This document shows, one piece after another, positions 24,805 through 37,959 of a stretch of DNA of 64,000 bases. The stretch lies in assembly GCA_039096225.1 (NCBI GenBank), contig JBBPEB010000005.1, positions 372,001 to 436,000 on the forward strand, in the 5' to 3' direction. The stretch is from Blastocystis sp. Blastoise (Eukaryota > Protista > Bigyra: Opalinata). The translations under genes and the position numbers were made by a program. How positions within the stretch are numbered: the first letter of the stretch is position 1; the number at the start of each line of letters is the position of its first letter. The notes below the pieces were generated by a model. It was not told the DNA's origin, did no database searches, and saw only the letters and a list, made by a program, of their open reading frames with translations.

Positions 24805-26989
24805 AATTTTCATATTCTATTCTTTATATTTTAAAAGAAAAAATACATATTGTTGTTACATTTGTTTTTAAATTTACTCTGTATCATAATTATTTTTTTA
24901 TAGCAAGTATCGTTTGTTGCTCTAGACTATCTAAACTTTCTTCGGTCAACCTATTTTCCGTATTTATTACATACTAAATACATCTAACTACTGATAACAT
25001 TCCTAAAACATGTCTTCTCGATATCACTGAGCAGTCTTCAAGATTCTGAAACGATCACCAAAATCTTATTATATTCATTTGGTACCAACATTGTAAAACA
25101 CTTATATTTTTTTTGTGTTTATATAGTACAAATAATATAAAAATGACAATACCCTAAGAATAAGAACAGCCAAAGTCATACTAATTCATTTTTATTCATT
25201 ATATATTATTAAGAAATAATATTAAAAAAATAATTTAAAAAAAGTATTAACTTCTATACTATCCAGTGACAAACATTAAAATTAAAAAAAAAATATCCTT
25301 TTTAGTCAAAAATGTTAGTTTATTCATATATATAACTTATAGACTGTCTAGAATGAAATTGTATAACTTGATCCACTATGGACATTTTGTGTTTTTTTGA
25401 CCCTATTTCCCGTAAGAGAAACAACAAAATGACTGGGATTTTTTAATCAAAAATACGTTGGCCTAAACTCGAGAAAAGAGTGTCCGCCAACTTGTCAAGT
25501 TTCTCTCTTTTTGACGAGAAAAACTTAAAAATAACTCTACAAAATATATTGTTTATTTATATAATCATAGACATTCTAAATATTGACTATTTTACAGTGT
25601 TTTATGATTTAAAATGACTGTTTAAAACCAAAAAGACTTTAATTTTTTCTCTGAAGTCTATAATTCAGAGAATGGATTACATGAGTGACAAATTTTTTAA
25701 AGTTGTGTGTTCTCTGAGTGATGTATTATCATTTCAATCATTCTCGTCAAGTCCTTTTACAATAAAAACCATTATACAGCCTAAACCAAAACACACCTAA
25801 AAATTTCTTCTTTTTTATTTCCCAAGGAAAAAACAATAAAATGACTTGACTTTTTTATTCATCATTTTTTAGCCTAAAGACGACAACATTTCTTTCAGCC
25901 AACTACCCTAGAAAGTCAAAACAATTAAAAATTCAAAAAAGAAAAGTAAAACGGAAGCTCTTGTTTTTGTTTATTGATTATCGTCATTAAACCTGTTTTT
26001 AAAAATATGACTTTAGAATATCATTCAGGACTTGATTTATAGTTCAGGGTATCGTTTTAAGGTTTAAAATAGCTTTTTTGAGAGAATTCATAATTATGTC
26101 CTAAACCAAGAGGAGTTGTGTGTTTTTATCATCTCTGTTGTTAGATATGTGTATACACAACATACTCAGCTTCACATAATTGTTTTTCTTGCTAGTCAAG
26201 ATTTTTCACTCATTTTTAAATATTTGATTTTTAGTCTCAAAAGTGGTATAGAGTCTCTATACATGCCTGTAAGAATCGTTTTTAATACTAAAAAGTCAAA
26301 AATATTAAAGAAAAGTGACAGTGAAAAAAGGAGGGAAAAAATACTTTTTTTGAGTTTCTTGATATTCCCGCAAAAATGATTTTTCTTTTAAGACCTGAAT
26401 ACACCCATACGCTATTGAGCCTATTAACTTAGAAAATATTTTCATTTGTTACTTATTTTCTTTATTTTTATTTTATTTTTATTAGCTGTTATTTTAAAAA
26501 ATAGAAGTTGATTTTAACTTCAGATTATTCTCTTGTATGTATATTACTATTTTTTATTCTTTATCAATATTAACATTCTCCCATTCTCTAGCATGTATAG
26601 GTTCCTGCTCGTCCATGGTTATAAGAGTCCTCTTCAGTCCATGTCAACAACGTCTATGATGTCAAACTACTTTCAAAGTATATATGTATTTATTTATTTT
26701 TATAATTATCTCTAATTTTTTTCTTTGTTATATTTTTAAGTATTATATAATAGAGTACTTATCGTATATTCATTCTATCTATTATTAGCTTTCTTTTTGT
26801 TTTTTCTTAAATTAGAATCTAATTCATTTTATTATTTATTTTCATTATTTTTATATTTTTATTTATTATTATTTATTTATTTAGGTTGTTTTCTACTGTT
26901 TCTGTTGGTTATCTTTCCCTATGACTCAACATCACCAAATTCATTTTTTTCTATTAGGTATGTTTATTTATTTATTTATTTATTTATTT

Positions 26990-29008
26990 ATTATCTAGTT
27001 CTTCTTTATTTCTTCTTCTTACACAAAATGATTCCTTCTTCTCTCTTCTTCATTTTCTTCCTTCTACACTTTTATCTCCTTATTTCTTCATCTTCTTTCT
27101 TTATTACTTCTTCCTATGCCTTGTCTCCAGCCTATATCCTTGTCTCTCCCTTTGATTCATTATCTTCCTCAGATCTTCATTTTTCTTTTATTTTTTCTTC
27201 TATCTAAATTCCTTTATTTTTCTTTTTTTTAATTATACCTCTCTCTTATCTTCGCTTCCCTTTTATATCACTCTTTCATTACTCTTTCTTAATCACTATT
27301 CTATTTACATTGTATTTCGTTATGTCTTTTTCTTTTATCCTGTTATCCTCTTCTCCTTATTCTATACTTCTTTTTCCTCGACATGTATTAGTGTATACCC
27401 TCCTTTTCTTCCTCTTCCTCTTCTTCTTCTTCTTCTTCTCCATATAATTCTTTGCTTTTTTCAGATCTTCATCTTCTTATTTATATTTATATCACTATTT
27501 ATTATATATATAGTTCTCTTCTATTATTTGCCTTCCTCCTCTTCCTTCTTTCTATTCTTCTCATACTTCTTCTCTCCTCCTTCTGATTCCCTTTTTTTTA
27601 CTGCCCTATTTTCCTTCTTTATCTTCCTTCTCTCCTCTTTCTGTATAATTCTATCTCAATCTTCCTTCTCTCCCTCTCTATTCTCGTATCCATCTTTATC
27701 CTTATTCTTTTTCCATTTATTTCTCTCTGTCCCTGTCTATTTTATCTTATATGTCTCTTTCTACCTTCTTGTTTCCTTTTATATTTCCTTCTATGTCTCC
27801 TTTTCCACTTTATATCTACTTTTTTTTCTCTCTCTCCTTCTCTCTATTATTATATATTCTTATGTTCTAGTTATCTATTTTCTATTTTTATTTCTATCCT
27901 TTCATTCTCTATATTGTTATATCTACTTCTATTTTGTCTCTTTTCTTCTATCTTAATCTTCTATTTAATCCTTTTATTTCTTTCTATATATCTATATCTT
28001 CTTGTCTCTAACTTCTTTCTTAATCTCTTTTATATCCTTCTATTTCTCCTTCTATCTCTCCTTCTTTCTCCTTTTCTATTTTCTTCTAACCATCTTTTTT
28101 CCTATTTTTCTCTTTCTATCCCTATTATCTCATTCTCTATCTTCTTCTATATTCTTCTTCTTTCATCTTCTCTCCTTCTTCCTTCATCTTTCAATTTCCT
28201 TCTCTATCTTCCTTTTATCTCAGCTACTCCTTCTGTCTCAATCTTCAGTCTTTCCTTTTCTTTCTCTTTCAACATCATTCTATCTCTCTGTATTCCTATA
28301 TTTCTCTTCATATTTCTCTATCCTTATCTATCTCATTCTACCTCATTTATGTGTCTCAATCTCATTCTCTATTTCCTTCTATTTTCTCTTATCTACTTAT
28401 ATCTTCGTATATTTCCTTATATCTACGTATATCTACTTCTCTATCTTATTATATCTCCTTCTAACTTAATTTACTTCCTCTTCTTCTTTTTCTCCTTCTA
28501 TCTCCTCTTCTATCTCCTCTTTATTCTCCATCATCTTCTATCTACTTCTCTATTTCCATCTACATCCTTCCATCTTACTACATCTCAATCCGTTTTCTCT
28601 CCTTCTATATCCTTTTATATCCTTTTATCTCTCTTTCTCTCTTATCCTATTTATTTTTCTTATTTCTATCCATTTCTATCTACTTTATCTTCTCTATCTC
28701 ATTCTATTGTATCTATATCATTCTCTTATCTTTCTATCTCCTTCTATTTTTAATCTTTTCTATCTACTTCTCCTTCTCTATTTCCTTCTATTCACTTCTA
28801 TATACATCTCATTCTTCAAATCATTCTATATTCTTCCCTTCTTCCTTTTAACTCTTGCTATTTGTTTTTATTTTAATCTACTTCTCTCTTCCCTCAATCG
28901 ACTTTTATCTACTTCTCCTTCTCTGTTTGATTCTATCTCCTCTCTATCCATATTTTCCTTTTTATTAATATTTATCTCCTTCTCTATATCTTTCGGTATT
29001 CTTCTATC

Positions 29009-29081
<73 letters not shown>

Positions 29082-30820
29082 ATATCTATCTATTTATTTA
29101 TCTCAATCCCCTCTCCCCTTCTATATATTTTATTACCTTCTATGTCTCTACCCTATTTCCCGTTTTCTTTCTGTCTCTTTCTTCTCTCATATACTATTGT
29201 TCTATCTTTTCTTTTTTTATTCTTCTTTTTTTCTTCTTTGTTTTTTCTATTATACTTCTTTATCTTGCTTTGTCTCTCCTTCTCTCTATGTCATTCAAAT
29301 TATAATTCTCTCTATCATTCCCTATCGTTTTCTTTGTATGTATTTTTCTTTCTAATTTTTTTCTATATAAATTTATCTTTCTTGATATTCACTTCCTGCT
29401 CCTTTTTTCTCCCTTCTTCGTCTCATCTTCTTTTCTTCGTCTTCCAATTCTATCTGTTTTCCTCCTCCTTCTCTATCCTTCTCAATTCCTCTCTACCTAT
29501 CTTTATATTCTTTCTTTTTTATACACCTTCCCTACTCCTCTATTTCTCTTTTTATCTTTATTCTTGTATCTATTTTTATCTTATTCTCTATTTCATTTGA
29601 TTTCTTTTGTATATCTCTCATTCTATATAGAATTCTATCTCTTTCTATCTAATTTCTTCTTTATGTCTCTCTTTTCTTCTTTCTTTCTATTCATCTATTA
29701 GTGTATCTATCTATTTATATCTTTGTATTTTTTTTTCTCTCTATCTATCTATCTATCTATCTATCTCTTTTATTTCTTTATATCTTTCTGTTTCTCTATA
29801 TATGTTTCTTGTTTATTCTTCTTTTCTTTTCTTTCTCTTCTTCTTCATTTTCTTGTATATCTTCTTCCTATTCTTTATCTTACTTTTCTTTCTTTTTTTC
29901 ACCTCCTTCCTTGTCTCTTCTTCACATTCATCCTCTTGTTCTCTTATTAATCTATTTATTCTTTCTTATCATTATTCTATTTATTCTTCATCTTCTTGTT
30001 GTCATTATTCATTTCCTTCTTCTTATTCTTCCTTATCTTCCTTATCTTCTTATTCTTCTTCCTATTCTTCTTCTTCTTCCTTATCTTCTTCCTATTCTTC
30101 TTTTCTTCTTCTTCCTTATCTTCTTCTTATTCTTCCTTATCTTCCTTATCTTCTTATTCTTCTTCCTATTCTTCTTCTTCTTCCTTATCTTCTTCCTATT
30201 CTTCTTTTCTTTTTCTTCTTCCTATTCTTCTTTTCTTCTTCTTCCTTATCTTCTTCTTCTTCTTCCTTATCTTCCTTATCTTCTTATTCTTCTTATTCTT
30301 CCTTATCTTCTTATTCTTCTTCCTATTCTTCTTCTTCTTCCTTATCTTCTTCCTATTCTTCTTTTCTTCTTCTTCCTTATCTTCCTTATCTTCTTCCTAT
30401 TCTTCTTTTCTTCTTCTTATTCTTCCTTATCTTCTTCTTATTCTTCCTTATCTTCCTTATCTTCTTCCTTATCTTCTTCTTATTCTTCCTTATCTTCCTT
30501 ATCTTCTTCCTTATCTTCCTTATCTTCTTCTTATTCTTTATCCTCTAATCCTCTTCTCTTCTGCATTCCTTATTATTATAGATCTCTATATATCTATCTT
30601 TGTCATTTATTATAAATTATTTTTCATTTTTTTTATTAATCTCAATAATTAAAGACCCTATCTCATTTACTTTATATTTCTTTCTCTTTTATTCTTTTTT
30701 ACTTCTTTTCCCTTCTTCTAGCATCCTTTTTCACTTATACATATATAAATATATCCTTACACATCATACTGACTCATTATTCCTACTATTTTACTTTCAT
30801 TTATGTATTTTTATTCTATA
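26990..30820 (+). repeat. ~3.8-kb polypyrimidine (G-depleted) low-complexity tract, including (TCTA)n near 29010-29080 and a TCTTCCTTA/TCTTCCTAT-based satellite at ~30020-30540
   Basis: Very few G on the + strand. The long F/L/S/I ORFs here are compositional artefacts. Confidence 0.8.
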
Positions 30821-30824
30821 TTAT

Positions 30825-30893
30825 CCTTAAGCTTATATTGGTAAGTATCTATCAGTTTATGATAGAAAACAGGTTCAATTCCTGTCTTAAGGT
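30825..30893 (+). ncRNA. Atypical tRNA-like cloverleaf inside the CACTA element
   Basis: Acceptor stem CCTTAAG/CTTAAGG (7/7), D-like arm CTTA-TATTGG-TAAG, long arm TCTATCA-GTTTA-TGATAGA (7/7), T arm ACAGG-TTCAATT-CCTGT (5/5) with B-box GGTTCAATTCC. Confidence 0.65.
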
Positions 30894-32800
30894 CAATTAC
30901 ATAACTAATTCTTTATATATAGGTATCAATAATTATATTATATTAATTTTTTCAAAAATTATCTATTCAAATAGATGAAGATAAATTAGATCAATTACTA
31001 TTTTTTCTTTACATATGTATTTATTTCATCATTGAATGCATTGATAATATATAGATCAATCAAAAATAGCATTCAAAATAATCTTTTTAACAAAAAGAGA
31101 CACAATAACATTCAATTACTTCTTAAGTGTATTATAAAACAAAATAATCTTCTCAAAAGATTATTCAAGTCGTTTTATAATGAGTATATGTGAAAAATTA
31201 GTTTAGTTCAAAATAATAATTCTATTTTTCAAAATTATATTATCAAATGATTCTGCGTAATTTTTTTTTCATATAACCACTATACCCTTTTACACAAGAA
31301 AATAATCATTTAAATACATTTTTAAGTTGATAAACAATAAATTAATTAATTTATTCTTGTTAAAAAACAAAATTCTTAGAAAATATTACTAGAATCATAC
31401 AAATAATCAATGCAACTATTCAATTATACACCTTTAACGTGATTTAAGACAAGTCATAAAAATGGAGATTCTCAATATTTTATATTTTTTAACTAATTGA
31501 TATTTTAATAACTTTTAAACTTCATTTAAACACTAAATATGTAATATAATATGTTTTTGTCATTTTCGAAATTAGAATATGTATTTCAAATAATTTTAGT
31601 TTTACTAAAAATCACTTAAAATGAATACACAGAGTTTGTAGACAATAAATAAATTATGAATAAAACTATATATCGATATAAGACTTTTTTTGACAAAAAA
31701 GTGATTTTTGCATTTGTTTTATAATAAACTATCAACACGACTCCGACTATTCAACTAAAAATATATAAAATATGATTTTTGTTTGTTTATACGTATATTT
31801 GATAATAGTAAGTCCTTGAATACTAGAAAAAGTTCTTGCTGAGTAATTATAAAATACTATTTTGATTTGTTTTTGATATTATTTAAATGAAAAACACTAT
31901 TTGCATGAAAAAATGCTTACTCTATGTATTTCAAGTCTATTTAAAGGTATTAGAAGACTTTAACTTGATTCCAATTATTGCTTTAATTCACTTTTAAAAT
32001 GTTTTTACCACTCTCTTTGTCATATTATGATAACAGATTAATAAAAAATCGGGACAAATACATTAAAAAGATAATATTTCATAACATTTTTCGACTCTAG
32101 ACCTTTTTATCTTCATTTTCTTTATTTTATAATTTTATTGAAGATATGTGATAAAACTGATTCTTTAAATAATGATTCAGGCAATCATTCTGGATTATAT
32201 AAATGACTTTTATTCTGGAAATAGAAGTTTCAGAGTCTTCTCTATAAGTCTGTATTGTAACCTATATTTATTTTTTAAAAGACTTATACTTACTGAGTGA
32301 TATTAAAAATAATTTTGACAATTAAGGATAAAAATCACTCTTCCATAGTCAAAACTGATTATAAAATGATATAATGATAAATAACTATATAATTCTTTAA
32401 AATAAAACAATTTTTGTATTACTTATGATAATTATGATAAATTGAAAATAACAATAACAATATCCATTTTCCTCATAGAAATAAAATTTTTCTTTCTCTT
32501 TTATTCTTAACCATTCATTTTTCTTATGATGAAGATTCTCTATATTTAGTAGATATGAGATTATTCATGTTTATTTTCATTATTTCAGCTATATCTTCTA
32601 AATTCCTATTACACCCTTTTATAACAAAACAAAATGCTACATGACTTATCACATATTTATTTTATTATATCTTATATGATTAATATGATATATTATTAAA
32701 TTTTATTTTTATTTTATTATATATGATACTATTATGATGGTAGGTGTTTGCTGTTTCTTTATATTTTATTTTTTCTACTCTATTCATTCATTTTCTATAG

Positions 32801-33532
32801 TAGCTGTCTCTGCTTGGTGTTTTGACACTTGCTGGTCTCCTTAAACGTTCTGGTCCTTCTTGTGTGTGGTCGTGGCTCTCTTATAGATGGGTTCTTTAGG
32901 TCTAGAATGGAAGGAATCAATGTTAAAAGAAGGTATATATCATCTATATTATCTATTACATATTATATAACTAACCCCACTTTATATTTATATAGCATTA
33001 ATGTATATATTTATATTTTATTATTCTATATTAATTTACTTTATTATATATTATTATATTATATAACTTACTCTATCTTTATATAGGTTTCCAGGGGTTC
33101 CGTTGCTGTCGTTGTTGTTAATTGGAGAGAATGGTTTATAAAAAGTATATATATATATTTAATTATATTGTTTTATTCATTATACTATTTATCATATATC
33201 TTTTATAGGATGGTTCTTTGTCTTTGATTCCTTGCCTGTCTTGTAATGATTAGAAAAGGTATATATTTTTTATTTTATTATTATTTTAAAATGTTATATA
33301 TATATTATTATTAGTAATACTTAACTAATATCATCTCTTTATATAGGTTGCTTAGGCTTAAATGCAAATTAAAGACTGAAACTGTCCTGGTTGAAATATT
33401 ATAAATTAAATATTATATATATTTTATTATATTATTTATTATATGTTTTATTATCTTTTTTTTATATATTTATTATTATTGTTTTCTATTATTTGTTTTT
33501 ATGATTATTTGATAATATTTAATTTGTTTGTT
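32801..33532 (+). ncRNA. Putative spliced non-coding transcript inside the CACTA right arm
   Basis: GC-richer blocks 32801-32932, 33087-33144, 33209-33258 and 33347 onward, each bounded by host-type GTATAT...ATAG introns. No long ORF found after joining. TGTTTGTT at 33525-33532. Confidence 0.45.
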
Positions 33533-33696
33533 TTGTTATATCGTTTATTATTACACCACAAAAAGAATAAAAAAACCAATAAATGAAAAAATAGAGAATA
33601 TTTAAAACCATTTTTATTCGCCAATTATTGTTTTAAGGTGCGTCATACTTTTGCACTGCTTTTCGATTTTATAAAATCACTGAAACTCTGACAAAA

Positions 33697-33905
33697 AATT
33701 TCACTGCTCACCACTGGGGAAACCAAAGCAAAAAAGTCGTTGGACCTTTTGTCAGCTACCCTTTAAAATTTTTTCACTGCTCCACCACTGGGGAAACCAA
33801 ACAGAAAAATCAAATAACCTTTTGTCAGCTACATATTTAAAAATTTTCACTGCTCACCACTGGGGAAACCAAAACAAAAAAGTCGTTGGACCTTTTGACA
33901 GAAAC
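33697..33905. repeat. Three ~72-bp subterminal tandem repeats of the CACTA right end
   Basis: TTTCACTGCTC(C)ACCACTGGGGAAACCAAA...CCTTTTG(T/A)CAG occurs three times. Confidence 0.9.
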
Positions 33906-35890
33906 CTGAAAAAATGTCCATAGTGATCTGAATTGATCTTCATTTTTAAAAAGCAAGAATCAAATGCACATACATTCAAATATGCTTGAAAAAACTATTT
34001 AAGTGATTATAACAAAAAATATTTAGGTTACACATTGTTTTAAAAATGGAAAATGCTCATAAAGCGATTATTTATAAAATATTTATGTAACTAATCAATG
34101 TCAAATGATGATTTAAGAATGATGATTTTGAATATATATGTAAATTTAGTATTTTATCGTGTCAAACAATTCCAGATGGAAGAAAGGCGTTTGTTCTTCA
34201 GAAAATATTAAAGAAGTTTTATATTAGTGACGAACTGTATACATATAAACTCAACACAATCAAATGACTTACTCTAAAAATGTCAAGAAGAAAACACAAC
34301 AAAATACAAAAATAAGGAATGCTTTGAATGAATGAGACTTTTGTTTTTTATACTAAAAAGAATAAAGAAAACCATAATTATATGAGACCTCTGTTGTGTT
34401 TGATAACGACAATCGATTGAACATCGCTCAAGTATTTTGTGGGTATTTATTGCTTATTTGAACAACACAAAACACGAATTTTATTGGGTTATCATTATCT
34501 TAAGACAGTGACACATTCTCCATCATTTCTTGGATCTCATTGGAGAACTCGAAAATAACACCATAATTTTCCTTTTTTTTCAAAGAAGAAAGATGCTTCA
34601 TCTGTCAGTTTTTTATTCCATACAGGGTGTGCCAAAACTGCGCTTTAAGCGCAAAGTGCGCTTTTCGATGTTGTTTTTGCGCTTAAATCTTTTATTTCAT
34701 TTTTCTTTTAATTTTTATAAATCTACATAGAATAAAACGTTTAATAATTTTTAGAGGATCGAGATAAGCTCAATAATGATGTTTTTGACATTTTACACGA
34801 GGTTTGTGTTTGTTGATGTAATTTGATTTGTTGTTGAATAAATAATAACCTTACACATATTATAATTAGAGAGCAAATTGAATTTTTTAGCATTTTTAGA
34901 ATGTTAATCATGTAGTTATAATGATTGATTGTCTTTAAGTATTTAACAATTAGGAAAAAAGCGTGATTATGTGTAGATCTTAATAATATAGTAGTAGTAG
35001 AATCATAATAGCAATACATGCTTCAAATTTTTACAAAACTTTGAATTCTTTTTAAATTGGCTAAATACTGATTATTAGTGGTCAAAAAATTTTCAAACTC
35101 AGCTCATCAAGACGCATTAATTTACACACTTTTCATGAAAAAAAGACCGGGTGACATAAAAAAGTAATTCATTCCATTGACTATTATACTATGACATGAC
35201 AGTTTTTAACTTAAAACATATTATTTTGATATATAATGTATAAATGTTTTGAAATAAGTCATCTAAGAAGATTTTTGTGACACATGTTGTGACAGATACA
35301 TGACTTAAAAGTTCATAAGTCATCAAATAACAACAAGTATGATTCCTATATTTGACTATTTGTGTTAATTTGGGTGACAAATAAAAATTATTTTGTGACA
35401 AAAGTCAATTGCTTAAGATATTCTTTTGTATATTATTTTAAAGACTTTTATTTATGTTTATAATGAAAAATAATGTCAATAAATACTAAAAAATATTATA
35501 AAAAATAATAATGTAATTAAAAAGTTTTTATTTTTATAAAATATCATGAAGTAGTCTTGTAGGGACTGTACAGATACATCCTGACAAGTAATAAAAATTA
35601 AATAAACGAAAAGCATATTAAAATATTATTTTTCAAAAATCAAACAAAAAACAATACAATGAACAAAAGCTGGATTTGAAAAAACAATACGTCCAACAAA
35701 ATGATTTTTAATAGCCTTATAAAATGGTTTTAAAATGTATTTTATATGTAGAATAAGTCACACAACACATTTATAATATTTATATTATAAAATATATTGT
35801 TTTTATGTTTAAAAATAAAAAAATAAAAAAACGGTTAGTAGTCACTAGCTTTGCAATTATTATATGACTTGATGAAAAATATTATAAGGG

Positions 35891-35969
35891 AGTTGTTTGG
35901 TCAAATGGTCAGTGCGTATAAAATTTTTACATAGTGGACGGATCGAATCTTACGAGGAACTATTTTTTT
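35891..35969 (+). pseudogene. Degenerate tRNA-derived / Pol III-type element, copy 1
   Basis: A-box-like TGGTCAAATGG, B-box-like GGATCGAATCT, partial acceptor pairing, followed by a T-run. Confidence 0.5.
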
Positions 35970-36254
35970 AAACTTTTTCTTTTGACTGCTATTTACAATG
36001 ATTTTATTTAAAATCAACTTTGTTTCATTTTTATTATCTGTAAACATTATTTACATCATTGATATCTGCTTTTTAGTTTAGAATCAACATATCAACAAAC
36101 TTTTTTTTTCAAAAAATAGTAATTATTGTTTAAAAACAATTCTAAGTATTTCTAGAATGTTATAAATGTAATAAAAGAGCATAAATATAATATTTGAAGA
36201 TATCAAATAATTTTAAACTTATTATATAGAACACATGAAAAAATAAAATTGAGA

Positions 36255-36332
36255 AATCGGTTGGTATAGTTGACCAGCGCTGTAGCTATTATGGTAATTG
36301 TCGCTGGATCGAATCTCGCAAGAGGCATTTTT
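36255..36332 (+). pseudogene. Degenerate tRNA-derived / Pol III-type element, copy 2
   Basis: A-box-like TGGTATAGTTGA, B-box-like GGATCGAATCTC, T-run; alignable by eye to copy 1. Confidence 0.5.
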
Positions 36333-37743
36333 ATTTTTATTTCTTGGAAAAACATCTTTTTATGAAACTTGTTCTTTTATATATTTATTTTGATTATCTC
36401 TTGATACGATCATTTATTTTGGTTTAATTTAATTAACTTAGTTTATCAAGAGTATTCGCCTTGAGTATTTATTTTAATTTTTATAATCTGCTTTACTTAA
36501 TTACTTTCTTTCTTTAGGTATCAAGGCTTTTAGCTTTTAAACAACTCTTTATACTGTGAAATCAGGATCTATAGCATTCCAGATGGTTCAAATGGATCAA
36601 CAAATATTTTTTGTATATAATTCGTTTCTTCATTTGTAATATTTATTTGATTTATCTTTATTTTATAGTGCAGGATGATCAGTATTTTTCAAGAGTATTT
36701 ATTGTGCGTTATCTATAAGGTTTATTTAGTATTTATATTAATTATATTATAATTGCTTTTTATCATTATTATTTCATTGATTTATTTGTATATTAGTTTA
36801 TTATAGTGATCGTTATTTTCTTATTTATATTTAAAAGGAATATTATTTCATTTTTGATAACAAATTATATATATAGATATACGAGGTCAATACTTTAATT
36901 AAGTGTGGCATTCTTTCTATGTTTAGAATTATTTTATGGTCCTTTAATGTATAAAAATATTGATGAGTATATATTTATTATTATATTTATTAGTATATTT
37001 ATTATAGTATTTATGATATTTATGATTATGAAAATAATATATATATAGTTCAACTATAGAATTATTTCCAGTTGTTATCATTTATTATTTTATATATATA
37101 TATATCAACAATTAGTGAACAATAGATAAGGAAGCTATTCAATTATTAAGCCAATTAAATGATAAACGAGATTGTATATATATATTATTATTATATTTAT
37201 TATATTATATATACTTATTATTATATATATATATAGGTTTATATATGGAGAATGAAGTTTATTGGTCAAAAATTATTCATTATATATATATAAATATTTT
37301 TGAAAGAGATACTATTACGGATTCCTTACAACAACAAGAATAAGTATATATATATATTATTATTATTATTATTATATAGTTATTTTCAATATTATCTGAA
37401 TTGATTCCTATAAATTAAAATAATTCTATGATTTTAGCTACTTTTGCATGTATATATATATATATTTGATTATTATACTTTATTTATATTATCTATATAT
37501 TAATACTATTTATATATATATGTATAGATATATATACATCATTATCTTCTGAGAGTCCTTACCTTTCATCCTCTCGCCTTCAGGCCCTTATCCCTACCCT
37601 CGCACCACTTCTCGCCTCCCCTTTACATACACATCGTCTCCATGCACTTCGTATTCTAAAGAGCTTCCAACAACTTGATGTATATATATTATTTTATATA
37701 ATAATAATATTAATAATAATAATAAATATATATATATATATAG

Positions 37744-37915
37744 TCGTCTTCAACCTATTGAAAGATCTACCTGTATATATATATCTTCATAATCATCATT
37801 ATATATATATACATTCTTATAGTTACTTCTTATAAGTCCCTCACTGACGCACTCCTCCATCCCTCAAAGAACATTAAAGCACGTTATAATTCCTATACTA
37901 TTAATTGTATATCAA

Positions 37916-37959
<44 letters not shown>

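Larger units (their letters stand above)
25374..33925. mobile_element. Non-autonomous CACTA (EnSpm/CMC) DNA transposon, ~8.55 kb
   Basis: Perfect 15-bp TIR: CACTATGGACATTTT (25374) and AAAATGTCCATAGTG (ending 33925). 3-bp TSD ATC on both sides (25371-25373, 33926-33928). Subterminal repeats at both ends. No transposase recognised. Confidence 0.9.

Noticed and set aside
24890-25200. Possible small spliced gene on the minus strand
   Set aside because: No consistent open frame could be assembled across the candidate splice sites.
30000-30565. Minus-strand Glu/Asp/Lys-rich frame punctuated by TAA/TAG, suggesting stop-codon reassignment
   Set aside because: Neighbouring parts of the tract also contain TGA, the segment is a satellite, and host genes here end in TAA/TAG normally.
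26797-30830. Long hydrophobic F/L/S/I ORFs resembling membrane proteins
   Set aside because: They overlap in all three frames and result from stop-codon scarcity in a polypyrimidine tract.
33697-33905. Repeat-spacer-like array resembling CRISPR
   Set aside because: The 'spacers' are homologous to each other, the context is eukaryotic with no cas genes, and the array is explained as CACTA subterminal repeats.
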